Of a DNA stretch of 64,000 nt, positions 1 to 12,299 are shown piece by piece; position 1 is the stretch's first letter; every line of letters begins with the position of its first letter. The translations under genes were made by a program, and so were the position numbers. Under the pieces are notes generated by a model. That model was not told where the DNA came from. It did not search any database and saw nothing but the letters and a program-made list of their open reading frames with translations. Origin of the DNA: Harriotta raleighana (taxonomy: Eukaryota); assembly GCA_050575255.1 (NCBI GenBank), contig JBNZDD010013730.1, positions 1,474,559-1,538,558 of the forward strand, read 5' to 3'.

Positions 1-240
1 AAGAGGGGATTTGGAGAGTGACCGATGGGACCGTCGAAGAGGAGGGTCTTGAGGCCAGGGAGGGGGCGAGGCAGAGGCGGATAGAATTCCAGAGGTTGGG
101 GGCAGAGTGGCTGAAGGTTCGCCCGCCAACCAACGGTCGGGGGATGATGGAGTAGGCCGGAGCCTGCCGAGAGCAGGGGCCAGGCAGATTGGTAGGGGGT
201 CAGGAGGTTGCGGAGGTAGGTTGGGGCAAGGCCACAGAGA
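1..240 (-). mobile_element. L2-clade LINE 3' fragment
   Basis: Reverse complement resembles the L2 3' end at 29540-30160 (LWNS..., LKTLLFD). Confidence 0.7.
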
Positions 241-274
241 ACTGTGAATATACAATGGAATAAGAGATTAATCA

Positions 275-465
275 AGAGTAGGCTGTCCTTTCTGGGTCAG
301 AGGGCTACAGACTCAAGCCCCACGTTGGGACTTGGAGGAGGTTGTCACTTTGGAGCAACGTTAGAGAGGCCCGGCATTGCCAGAGATGCCATTCTTCTGA
401 TGGTGGGACTAAACTGAGGCCTTGTCGGCCTATTCAGGCGGACGTTAAAGCGCCCGTGGGACTGC
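275..465 (+). mobile_element. Old Deu-domain SINE fragment
   Basis: ctaaactgaggccttgtcggcctattcaggcggacgttaaag resembles the Deu core also seen at 11030-11100 (minus) and 60458-60520. Confidence 0.55.
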
Positions 466-873
466 TGAAGGAGACCGCCAATGCTCCAGATAAGATGCGA
501 AATTGTTCGCTCACTTCGCGGCTGTCCTGGGGTGAACCACACCTGCCTTCGCATCCAGTGCAAAGCCGTTCTCTTTGGAGATGTTTAGAGACTCTTAGGC
601 AAGAGGGTGAAAATATCGGATATTGATTAAATATAATTTTAGAAAATCCACAATGAGGAGTCACTTCACGACCGTTTGAGGGGACGTCGCTGTGCGCAAT
701 TGGCTTTTGCCCCCCCCCCCCCCCCCCCCCCCCCAGCACAAAATACACAGTCAATTCACGTTAACAAACGCAAGGATTCTTATTGCTATTGCTGCTATTA
801 TTATTGTTTGTTATCGTGTTAACGGCAACAGAGAGAGATGAACACCGAAGACCCAATGACTTGAGACGCGAAC

Positions 874-1018
874 CTTTCACGATGACTTTGAACCTTCGGG
901 AGTCATTGCCAGCCGCCGTGGTCACTACACACTCCCATATACCGCTGTCTTGGGGACCGATCCTGGGGAGCTTGAATTCCGAGGTGGTTATATTGCCTTG
1001 CATGATGGATTTAGTGGC
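874..1018 (-). CDS. TIE1: TIE1 exon 9 (Ig3 C-half)
   Basis: ATKSIMQG...[25 protein letters not shown]; 145 nt. Confidence 0.93.
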
Positions 1019-1569
1019 CTGACGCGTGCGAGGGAAAAAAAAACAGTTCCGAATCAATTGCTCAATCCTTAAAGTTAGAACGAAGGGCGGTTTCAAGTGT
1101 TTTCCCCCCCCTCCGTTGCACTGATCACAATAAAACAACCTTCGCTCTTCTGAAGAGGCCTAAAATGACCCAACGTGGATAGGAACACCGGGAACAACCC
1201 ACGACATTCTGATTAAAAACATGTCAGTCGTCTCTAATTACTTTCATGAGAAAGTATGTGTTTTTTTTTTCTTCTTTAGGGCTTATTAACATTATTATCG
1301 TTATCATTATTAACAAGCACGTGGAGTAAGGAAACTTGCCCAAGGTTTCAGCTCCTGCCTGGAATCGAACCCAGGTCTCTCGCTTTTAAGGCGAGCGCCC
1401 TGACCACTGAGCTACAGCAGTTACACGTCCAGAAATATGTTATGCTCTGCTTAAGACTTTCTAGAAGTGACTCTAGTGTAACGATGAGAGTGCACAACTC
1501 GCAGATAACTCAACTATGGCTTATTTTGCTCCACCACTCTCCCTTGTGACCCCCATTAAGTATCCGTCA

Positions 1570-1605
<36 letters not shown>

Positions 1606-4600
1606 CATATATATATAACTCCTCTCTCTAATGAAGGAGCAACTGCATGCAATGTACAGGTAACGGCATCTCTCTCTCTCTCTCTCTCGCTGTCTCTCTC
1701 TCTCTCTGTCTCTCCGAACAAGCGTTCCTTAAAAAAAAACAACGATGCGCCTGAAAACTTTTAGCAGTTCAACGGTTGTGAAAGACTGACTTTGAGCACT
1801 TGTCTGTTGGCTTTGTGGATCGTTATATCTCGATCGACTGGCAGCGGTTTCCCCGAGGCCGAGCAACGCATCACGGGGCTCGAATCGAGATTCAGTTCAA
1901 CTTCTGCGAAGGTGTCCACAATCTTGGGGATGTGATCTGAGAGGGGGGTAAACACGCCAGACAGAATCAGGATACAAGCAAAAGGATGATCAAGCAGGTC
2001 ATGTCTTGAAAGTGTCACTGTCAGTGTCAGTGTCATTGGCAGGGGTCGACGTCAAAAGGTTCCACGTCTAGCTTCCATCCCCACCCTTTCTGAACTCAAA
2101 CCTCACCTTGACTGTCCAGTGGCTTGAGACATACTCCTTGACGTGAAAGGAGTTATACAAACGCAACTTGTTGTTGTTGTTGTTGTTGTGCTGACTGTAT
2201 TGTTTTGCTTGGATCCAATATATTCGATGGGGGATTAAAGAAGTTACACAGATACTGTGTACCTTTTATAATTGAATCTGATTTATGTACCAATCTACAC
2301 ACATTACTGATCTATGGTGCGATCTATCTCACACGCACCCCCCCACCCCCCCTCCCCCGCCAGCACACTCATTAGAATAATAATAATAATAATCCTTGCA
2401 TTTGATGCAGCGCTTTTCATATCTTCTAAACGCCTCAAAGCGCTTCACAGAATATACTGTAACGTGAATTGACTGTACATTTTGTGAGCGAAACTTGGCA
2501 GCCAATTGCGCACAGCAGCGTCCCTGTCCCCCCCGCACAAACAGTCGTGGAAACTGTCTTTTGTATAGATGGGGATTATCATTAGGCGTGTGGAGTAAGG
2601 AAATTTGCCCAAGGTTTCGCACTGACTGGAACTGAAACCCAGGTTCCTCGCTTGTCAGACGAGTGCTCCAACCAGTGAGCTACAGGTCTCCCCCACACTG
2701 TCGGCAAACTAACAGATTCATGCGTAAAAATAAGACGAGTCAGACGGGTGAAATGTGCGGGGAGGATACCGACAGCCGTGACGGCTTGCCTTGAGCGACA
2801 GTGACGAGTCAGGCAGTCGAGTCTATCGATTTCTCTGCATTCATTCCCGCATTGCCACGTTGAGTCACGTCGGCCGGGTACCTGATTTTTCGCAGTGTTG
2901 CCCGTGCCAGCCCGTGTTGCAACTGCACCCGCGGAATCGATCACACCTTCCTCCATTCAGACACCCGCACGCCAGCCCGCAGCCCGGTCCGTAGCGGCCA
3001 GCCACACAGTCTGCGATACGCAAAGTCGAGCTCGTTAAACTCCCCCCACCCTGGCCTGCGCTCCCGTTTCAGATGTTGATCGGCCGCTGGCTGACTGTTG
3101 GCAGTCAACGTCAACAACAACAACAACTTTCATTTATGCAGCGCCCTCCACGCCGGGCAGCGTCTCAAAAGCGCTTCTCGGAGGAATCTCAATCGCAGGA
3201 CTTGGAAGTTCCTGAGTCATCACATTTATTTATTTATTTTAAAAGGCAGCACACGCATGCGTCAGTTTCATTCATCTCTTGGATGACATTTCGGGAGCTC
3301 ATTTCAGTGCAGTAACACAGTGTATACTCTACTCATCAACTTCAACCCCACCACAGTGAAGTGAGAGTGACTCCTTGGCGGTTTATTACGTGAAATGTTT
3401 TTTTTTTTACATGAAATGAGATGTCCGAGAGCAAAACAGTGGTTAGTTTTCAGCAGTGAGGAGCACTCCGCTCCGTTCTATTCATTTAAATTGACTATCA
3501 TCATTATGATTCTGATTCTTATTATAAATTAATCTCAGGCAACTGGCTGCTGTTGCTTTGTGAGCTGGATCGAACTGCGCCTCGAAGTTCCTGAAAGTAA
3601 CTGAGCGGTTTCGACGCAGACCAAACACTGTAGCGTTCGTTGAACAAAGTTGGCTCAGAAGATTTGGTGGAGAGAATTCTCTGTCTCTCTCTCTCTCTCT
3701 CACTACACACACACACACACACACACACGCGCACACACACGCACACACACACGTTACTGATACATACCTTCCTTACATTTCTTGCCATGCCAACCTGTGG
3801 CACACGAGCAGCCGTATGGATCGGGTAAACAGAACCTGTAACCACTGCAGCTCCCTCCTTTACACGCCTCCTGGCAATTGCGACCAAATTTCCCAACATC
3901 GCAAACTGCAGGGAGGAGAAAGCTGCTAATCAGTCCATCAGTCGGGCGGTTGGTCGCACTTTGTGACGTTCCACCCCACCCCCACACCCCACCCCACCCC
4001 CACACCCCACCCCANACCCCCACACCCCACCCCACCCCCACACCCCCCACCCGCCCGACATGAAAGGTACGACTGTAAATTGCGCTGTGTTGTAACTGGT
4101 TATAGGCACTGCCTTAGATTTCGCACTGTGGTGTACAATGCAATGGGGTGTAGAGAACAAGTAACAGTGTTTTATGGTGGTTTGCGTCATCACACACGAA
4201 AGTCAATCTACATTTAGAGCGCCCGTCTTACAGGCGAGAGACCTGGGTTCGCTTGCAGGTTTGGGGCGAAACCTTGGGCCACATTGCTTACTCCACACGC
4301 CTGACAATAATCCCTCGAGAAAAGCAAACAACAATAAATTGGTCAGTCAATCCACGAACTGTTTGTGCGTGTGCGCAATTGGCTGCCGCGTTCCGCCCAC
4401 AAATATACAGTCGATTCACTTTACAGTAGATTCTGCGACGGGCTTTGAGACACAGTCTAGAAGATGTGAAGAGCTGCTAATATCAAAATGCAAGGATTCT
4501 TCTTCTTCTTCTATATTATCAGATTACTCACTAATTTCGCAGTTTTGTCCAGTAAACCCTGGCCCACAGATACATTCCCCGGTCCCTTCGTGACAGATTC

Positions 4601-7600
4601 CTCCATTCAGGCAATCGGGACAGTCTCGGTCACATGCTGTACTCCATTTATTATGAGGACAACCTGTCAACACAACACGATGCTATTAGCAGAATAGCCA
4701 ATGACTCTGTCCCCCCGTCATTAAAAAGACATCAATTATTCTCTAAGGTTATTTAGTGGAACTTAACATTCTTACAAGAGTCACCAGATATTTATTTTAG
4801 GGACGTTTTGGAATAACTTCACTGAACAGAATGTACGGGTTTAAACTTATAGCTGTTCTGTACTGAATTCCTCCTGTCTGGCATAATACAGTACTTGCAG
4901 CAGCCAGTCACATCGCTGAACGCACAGTAACATATCCACAACTTGATTGACTTATATCTTACATTGATATACACATCTTCTGTTTAAATATGAATACACT
5001 TATTCCATGGGGTGGAGAGCAGACCACAAGCACAGGCCTGTGCTTGTGTATGTCCCTTTTGTTTGTGCTCTGTTCTGATTTTCTCTGGAGGAAAGGGAAA
5101 GGGTTGGGGAAAAGTCACTAATCACACCTTCAAAGCCAACGCACACACAAGCTTTCGAATCCGGACTCGTTTCTGCTGGTGGGAAGGCAAGCAGCGTGGA
5201 TTCTAAACCCTTCGACATGAGGGCAACACTGCCTCGTAAGACACACGTGCAAGGGCTCTAAACTGACTTGTACCTCGGACTATCAGCCTGAAGAATGCTC
5301 CTTTCAGAATATTCCCGCTGAGGGTCGATGTACTGTAAACGCAGGTGTGGGAAGGTCCTGAATTCTTGATCTCCATGGTGGCGGTGCCATTCTCGATTTC
5401 GTTCACGTGGGTCGTGCTGAAAAAGGTACCTGAGGACACAACGTAAGAGCTTTACGGCCTGTCCAACACCCGCAAATAACACAGGCCAAGAAGGACAAGA
5501 GTGTGTCCCGAAATGTAGGAATTGCTTCTTTACACCTTTATGACAGGTATGGGATTTCCCATTTCACTATTATGCAACGTGTATTCCATCCTAGAGAAAC
5601 AATTTGGGGGAAAAAGATTGCTATTTTTAGTTTTTTTTTTATAAATAAAGAATTAACCTGAGAGACCNCCTAGAGAAACAATTTGGGGGAAAAAGATTGC
5701 TATTTTTAGTTTTTTTTTAAATAAAGAATTAACCTGAGAGACCCAAATTCACAGAGGTAGCCTAAAAGTTAAACGAATCACACCACAACTTATATATTTT
5801 TTTGCATGTTGTTTATATTGTAATGTAAACGGAAGGAAGTCAAAGCAATTGAAGCCTAATCTTCAGCAAAGCATTTACACAGAACTGGCTGCCAGATCCA
5901 CAGAAAACAATGGTGAGAAAAGAACAACAAACTCTGGAGCAAAAGTGCACTTACAGAACAGACTAATGATTAAAAAGGAGAGTATTTATAAATCTGAGTC
6001 AAAAGCTGGCCAAGTGTGTGTGTGTGTGTGTTTTTTTCCCCTTCCCTTCCCTCCACCCTCCTCGATCCCGACCCCAGCTCGAGTCCAAAACACTGACTGT
6101 CCAGCACCTTGGGATATCCTTCTGATGCGAGAGACGCTATGCAAATGTCATTTTGTTGTTGCTTGTAGAAACCTCTCCAAATCCTATTCGACTTTCTAAG
6201 TTCAGTTCAGAGCCTCATAGTTCAGTTTGGATGGATTGATTCGGGGGCAGAAAATTGAAGGTTTTTCAGGAACTGTGATTACTTTAGCTCCTATATAATA
6301 CTTGACCTCCTTCCATAAATAACCCACCTATTTTCTGGTTGCACGAGGTAACTTTGATTTCAGATTCAATCTCCCTAACTTCTGGAACTCTCTCCCTTTG
6401 ACCTTGTTGTCTCATTAATGTCATTAGTCATTTCAATCCACCACTGTTTCACCCACCCACAGATATACATTCAATTCACTTTGCAGTATATTCTCCCACC
6501 TATTTTCTGGTTGCACGAGGTAACTTTGATTTCAGATTCAATCTCCCTAACTTCTGGAACTCTCTCCCTTTGACCTTGTTGTCTCATTAATGTCATTAGT
6601 CATTTCAATCCACCACTGTTTCACCCACCCACAGATATACATTCAATTCACTTTGCAGTATATTCTGCGAAGCGCTTTGAGGCGTCGATAAGACGTGAAA
6701 AGCCGCTATATCAAAGGTCAAGGATTAATATTATTGTTATTATTATTGTAGTGATCGTGAACTTACCGTTACATTTCCACATAACATCTTCGTTCGCTGC
6801 GTTTTGTTTTTGTACCACAAGGAGAGCGGTCTCACCCTTGTTAACGGTCATCGTCAGTTGATTGGGGTAGAACTCAGCTGGAAATGAGATGAGAAATAAA
6901 CATAGTACAGCTGACACATGACATACAGTACAGGAAACTAGATTTGAGGTCACAGCAGCAGTGACGTCATCAGATAGAGATGTTTGGGGACCAGATAATA
7001 AAAATTGGTCATTTCAATCCACGACTGTTTGTTGGGGGGACACGCTGCTGTGCACAATTGGCTGCCGCGATTCGCCCACAAATATATATATATACACAGT
7101 CAATTCACTTTACAGTATATTCTGTGAAGCGCTTTGAGATATCTAGAAGACGTGAAAAGCGCTATATGCAAGGATTCTGATGAGTATTATTAGATTACAG
7201 TAATAGCGAACGAAACAGGGGACTTGCCAAACAGATAGCATTGATCATTGCTGGAAAAGTGTGATCGAAGAGAGAAAGCATGAGAGACGAGAGCAGCAGA
7301 GCGAACGGTAGGGGGGTGGGGGGGCAAAAAAGGGATGATTAAGCTGTAATAAAAGAATCATTATTTTGAGCAATCGTTCAGTGTAAATTCACCTCCAGTG
7401 ATAAGGGGTTGGATTAACAAACAACGTACAACATCTGTGATCACACCAGAGTGGTTACCAAACCCAAATTATGGTGTCGTCGAACTCACTGACTGCAATT
7501 CTATTGAACAGGAGACTACAGTAGAATTTCCGTTTTAAACACGCAAAAACTGTGAACTAGTCATTCACAAACAGTATATTTCAGATTCTAGCACTACCGA

Positions 7601-10600
7601 TAACAAAGCTGACGTTCTCGCAAGACACCGCAAACAAAAACAACAACGGAATGACGCTTGCACAGCGCCTTTCACGTTGGGAGGACGTCCCAGGATGTTG
7701 GGAGGGCGTCCCAAGGCGTTGGACAGTCAATATTTCAGGCCCGAGCTGGGGTCGGGATCGGGGAGGGTGGAGGGAAAGGAGGGGATTTGGAGCGACCGAT
7801 GGGACCGTCGAAGAGGAGGTTCTTGAGGCAATCTCCAGCATAGGAATCAACCTAACATCTAGCATTGTGAGATCAATGATTTCAGCACATCTGGAGTCCC
7901 TGAAGCTCAGTGGTTAGAGCAGTCGCCTTACAAGCGAGGGAGCTGTGTTCAATACCAGGCAGGATGAAACCACGGGCAAGTTTCCTTGACTCCAGACATT
8001 TAATAATAATCCCCTCAAAGAAATAATGAATTGGTCTTGTCAATCACACGATTGTTTGTGAGTTTCGCCCACAACTATGCAGTCAATTCGCTTCACAATA
8101 TACTCTGTAAAGCGCTTTGAGGTGGCGTGATGACCCTAGATAACGTGTAAAAGCCCTGTATGAAATGAATGGATTATTGTTATTATTAAATGTTATTAAA
8201 ACGCCACATTAACTATCTACATATTAACCAGTCAGTACGCAACCTCTTGGAGTCAGCGCTTCAGTGTGAAACGGTGTGTACCAGCACGACCAACTCTCAA
8301 TAAATCAATGAACATACAACAGTTTGTGAGTGTCAGTGTATGCGTGTGTGTGTGTCTGTGTGCATGTGCGTATACATCGCCACATTTGTCAGCAAATAAT
8401 AGGGTAGCAAGAAATATCGTACTGTATATAGATTTACAAATCCGTGGATTGAGAGATTGGAATATAAATCTTACCTGAATCACTGTTAATAATTGTTAAA
8501 ACGTGAGCTTTCTCCGATTGCCGTGTTCCTTCACAGTAGTAGATTCCCACTTGCTCGTAGGGCTTGGTGAGGCCTTTAGCTCGGATCCCATTGTGCCTGC
8601 TGAGATCTTCCACATAATTGAAATTGACCTTTTCGACCTGAAATATTGTGTTGTCTTTGTGCATTTTAAGTTTGGGTTCATCGTACTGGCGTTCAGCAGA
8701 CAGGCAAGAGAGAGGAGTCTCGGTCGGAGAGGAATGGTGGAGGTCAGTGATCAGGTAGATGTCCAAAATAGCTCCTATATTGAGAGGACAAAAAAAATAA
8801 GATTGAAACGGTCTTAATAATCGTACGCCTTCCAATTGGAATCCCTTTAATCGACACACCTTTGAGTGTTATTGAGTCGTTTCGTTCTGGTCGGATCCTA
8901 TTCTCAACAGCGAGGTGTCAAACGCATTTAAATGCAAAGATGAGAGCCTTTCACGAGTTCACAACCGATTCCGTGCGTTCAGTTCCTTAAAGCATTTCAC
9001 AAAGCTTGGTCACAGTAAAGTAGTCGTTTGACAAATCATCCACAAGGGGTTAAGTTTTGTTCCATCAGTGAAAATGTTTTTTTGGGAGGGAACGTAAATA
9101 ACGAGAAAAAATAGTTTCAGCGATATACCATTTAAATTAAAACAAGAGCTTTATAATAGAGCTTGACAATTCTCAGCTTGAAGGTAATTGTTTTCGAGTA
9201 CTGTGTAGTGTTATCTTACGCTGCTCGTGAAAAAGGCAACATTTTAGAATTTTTTTTGGTTTATTGTTGGATTTCATAGTGAAAGATTAGAATTTTTTTT
9301 TAAAAAAGTCGTCAGAATAATCACTTTGTCAAGGGAGAACTTTGATTCGTGTGATAAAATTCCACGAGAGTTTTTAATGCTTGAAACTCCTAGGATGAAT
9401 GGCATTGAGTTGGCATTGAAAATTAGCTAGCAATTAAGATGATCGTAAATGCTCTCAGTGGGCAAAAAAAANNNNNNNNNNNNNNNNNNNNNNNNNNNNN
9501 NNNNNNNNNNNNNNNNNNNNNNNNNNNNNNNNNNNNNNNNNNNNNNNNNNNNNNNNNNNNNNNNNNNNNNNNNNNNNNNNNNNNNNNNNNNNNNNNNNNN
9601 NNNNNNNNNNNNNNNNNNNNNNNNNNNNNNNNNNNNNNNNNNNNNNNNNNNNNNNNNNNNNNNNNNNNNNNNNNNNNNNNNNNNNNNNNNNNNNNNNNNN
9701 NNNNNNNNNNNNNNNNNNNNNNNNNNNNNNNGATCGACTTCAAGATCCTCATCCTCNNNNNNNNNNNNNNNNNNNNNNNNNNNNNNNNNNNNNNNNNNNN
9801 NNNNNNNNNNNNNNNNNNNNNNNNNNNNNNNNNNNNNNNNNNNNNNNNNNNNNNNNNNNNNNNNNNNNNNNNNNNNNNNNNNNNNNNNNNNNNNNNNNNN
9901 NNNNNNNNNNNNNNNNNNNNNNNNNNNNNNNNNNNNNNNNNNNNNNNNNNNNNNNNNNNNNNNNNNNNNNGGGTCCTAAACCAACTGTCCAGCGCCTTGG
10001 GATGTCCTCCCGACATGAAACGCGCTCTATACATGCAATCTTGTTGTTGTTGTAGTATATAGAGTGAATGGTATCCATTAGCAAATAAATCGAAGGGAAG
10101 GGTTAAGGTGTAATTATTTTCTCAATTACTGAAAGTTTCCAGCCAAACTGAAACATCTTACCAAGATAATAGATTACACGATATCTGATTGATATTTCGA
10201 TGTCACCCACTGACTGTTCACTACGCCACATGGACTCACCAAATAATGAAACTTGGAAACTTATTTTCATTGGAAAAAAAAATTCAATGTTTTACAAGCG
10301 AGAAACCTGGGTTCAATTCCAGACACGATGAAAGTTTGGGCCAGTTTCCTCATTCCACACACGCCNTGAAAGTTTGGGCCAGTTTCCTCACTCCACACAC
10401 GCCTAATAATCCCTCAAAAAAAACAATCATAAATTGGTCATTTCAATCCACAACTGTGTGTGGGACACTGCTGTTCGCTGCCGTGTTCAGCCNAGAAATA
10501 TACAGTCAATTCACTTTACAGTACAGTATATTCTGTGAAGCGCTTTGAGAAGAAGACACAAAATGCGCTATATCAAATGCAAGGATTATTATTATTATTA

Positions 10601-11873
10601 ATGTGCCTGATAAAGGCTACTTTATTTAGATTGTGAGTGAGGCATCGAACTGCAGGGTTTTAAAATTAAATCATTTCACGTGAGACTGCAAATTTAGGAA
10701 ATACATTCCGCCTTCCCAGACCCACAGAGGAACAGACTACGCATCTTAAGATGGTCGTCAAAAACATCTTGTGCTGAAAGGAGAGTGGGAGAGAGGTGTG
10801 GTGGGGGTACGGAGCTGGTTTGGATTCAATCGTGGGCATTTAAGACTGGATTGCAACTGCGGAGCTTTCAAGATGCCCTTCAATTGAAACAAAAGTCCTT
10901 CACGGGGAGTCTGTATTGGAAGTCTTGACATGTGTGACGAAGGTTAGAATCATACAAATGTCCGCCATCACAATAATAAAAAAAAACTTTCCATTTGAGA
11001 CAGCGTCTCGTCTCAAAGCGCTTTTGCGGGATCTTCAACGTCCGCCTGGACGGGCAGACACAAGGCCTCGGTTTTAATGCTCTCCTTCGAAGGACTGCAA
11101 CTCCACCAATCCAACACCCCCTCCCAGGGCTGCCTTGGAGTGTTAGCTTCGGATACCTGATTCCTAGTTCACGACCCGGAGCTTGGATCCACAACCTTCA
11201 GATTGAGAGGCGAGACTGCTGCCCCTTGTATCAGGCTGACACACCACAAACAGACAAGGAGGCCGGCCAGGAGCTCCATCACAGCTGTGCTATCATTTTG
11301 TAAATTCAATCTATTCAGTTCCGCTTCAACAGCCTTTTCCCCCTAATACCCCAGCAAAAAAGATTCCTCGTTAGATATCTAGCTTCAGTAGCTCCCTCTA
11401 GTCTAGAATCTGCCATTGCCAGTCCAGATGTTGAGTCTAAAGACTTATGGAAGGATTTGATCCCATAAACATCTCACCTAGAGGCCAGAAAGTTACTCTA
11501 TGTGCAAGGTTTGTTTGAAATAGCTTAAAATATATAGTATAGTAATATACTATATAGTATAGTAATAGTAATATAATCTTTTTTTTAAAAAAGCATTGTC
11601 TTTGAATGTAGGTCTTTCACAGAGGTGTCCTCTTCTGCAACAGTAAGCCTCGACAAGTATAATAATAACTAAACTGTGAAGAAGCATTTAAAAAAAAAAT
11701 TGCTATTGTAATCTATTGGGTGAGTGGGTGGGTGAGTGAGTGAGTGAGTGAGTGAGTGAGTTGAAAGTAGATTTTATCAATCAAAGGAAGTTCAAAGGGA
11801 TCGAGATGGGGAGAAAGATCTTACCTGTTAAGTGAAAAGGAAACACCATCCAGTACGACAGGAACAGAATCAT
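874..11873 (-). CDS. TIE1: Tyrosine-protein kinase receptor Tie-1, coding exons 1-9 (signal peptide, Ig1, Ig2, 3 EGF, Ig3); remainder lies left of the window
   Basis: Nine GT-AG exons join in frame: 11873-11825, 8774-8475, 6877-6767, 5429-5274, 4663-4532, 3905-3768, 3010-2882, 1936-1791, 1018-874. Motifs [21 protein letters not shown] and [10 protein letters not shown] (TIE1-type, not TEK-type). Neighbours match the human TIE1 locus. Confidence 0.95.
1791..1936 (-). CDS. TIE1: TIE1 exon 8 (Ig3 N-half)
   Basis: [17 protein letters not shown]...CSASGKPLP; 146 nt; cag/gtcagt. Confidence 0.92.
2376..2685 (-). mobile_element. tRNA-derived SINE, near full length
   Basis: tRNA-like head, gctgtgcgcaattggctgcc core, aaatgcaaggattattatt tail. 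Confidence 0.88.
2882..3010 (-). CDS. TIE1: TIE1 exon 7 (EGF3)
   Basis: Hand translation [42 protein letters not shown]; 129 nt. Confidence 0.93.
3768..3905 (-). CDS. TIE1: TIE1 exon 6 (EGF2)
   Basis: [14 protein letters not shown]...[22 protein letters not shown]; 138 nt; cag/gtatgt. Confidence 0.94.
4212..4510 (+). mobile_element. tRNA-derived SINE
   Basis: Same head, core and tail as other copies. Confidence 0.85.
4532..4663 (-). CDS. TIE1: TIE1 exon 5 (EGF1)
   Basis: Hand translation [43 protein letters not shown]; 132 nt; cag/gtgagt; absent from the ORF track. Confidence 0.93.
5274..5429 (-). CDS. TIE1: TIE1 exon 4 (Ig2 C-half)
   Basis: GTFFST...GAFFRLIVR; 156 nt; cag/gta. Confidence 0.93.
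6767..6877 (-). CDS. TIE1: TIE1 exon 3 (Ig2 N-half)
   Basis: [17 protein letters not shown]...VMWKCN; 111 nt; cag/gtaag. Confidence 0.92.
7893..8190 (+). mobile_element. tRNA-derived SINE
   Basis: agctcagtggttagagc A-box, gttcaatacc B-box, family tail. Confidence 0.82.
8475..8774 (-). CDS. TIE1: TIE1 exon 2 (Ig1)
   Basis: tag acceptor, AILDIYLI...LSCLS...[14 protein letters not shown], gtaag donor; 300 nt. Confidence 0.92.
9472..9970. other. Assembly gap with a 25-nt island (9732-9756); other gaps at 26809-26890, 32450-32539, 34642-34771, 55033-55049
   Basis: N runs. Confidence 0.98.
10940..11260 (-). mobile_element. Deu-domain SINE (SacSINE1-like as recalled)
   Basis: Minus strand reads tRNA-like head ...taaaaccgaggccttgtgtctgcccgtccaggcggacgttgaagatcc... 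then the shared tail. Confidence 0.65.
11825..11873 (-). CDS. TIE1: TIE1 exon 1 ([17 protein letters not shown], signal peptide)
   Basis: ATG at 11873, hydrophobic leader, CAG|gtaag donor, phase 1 matches exon 2. Confidence 0.8.
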
Positions 11874-12299
11874 TTTTCGTTTACAAATTCAGAAGTTTGC
11901 GAACAGCTACTCTTGTTTAGAAAAAATCCCAAGCCGTTGCTACCAATAGATTCGACTACAGGAACAGAATCATTTTTCGTTTACAAATTCAGAAGTTTGC
12001 GAACAGCTACTCTTGTTTAGAAAAAATCCCAAGCCGTTGCTACCAATAGATTCGACTCCAAATTTACTCTTGAAATGTTCTCTCTCTCTCTCTCTCTCTG
12101 TGTGTGGGTGCNGCCGTTGCTACCAATAGATTCGACTCCAAATTTACTCTTGAAATGTTCTCTCTCTCTCTCTCTCTCTGTGTGTGTGGGAGTTTTTTTG
12201 TTTTCTTTTCAAAACGGTTTAGATTTTTTGTTTCTTCTTTTCCTCTCTCTCTCTCTCTCTCTCTCGCTCTCTTTCTCCTTCCAATTTCGCCCGCAATCA

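Noticed and set aside
342-626. ORFs near the left edge as a possible TIE1 exon 10
   Set aside because: No fibronectin-III similarity in the frames checked; the region overlaps a Deu-SINE; exon 10 probably lies outside the window
9423-10084. Long ORFs through the N run
   Set aside because: Produced by the gap; the 25-nt island (IDFKILIL) resembles an L2 ORF2 fragment
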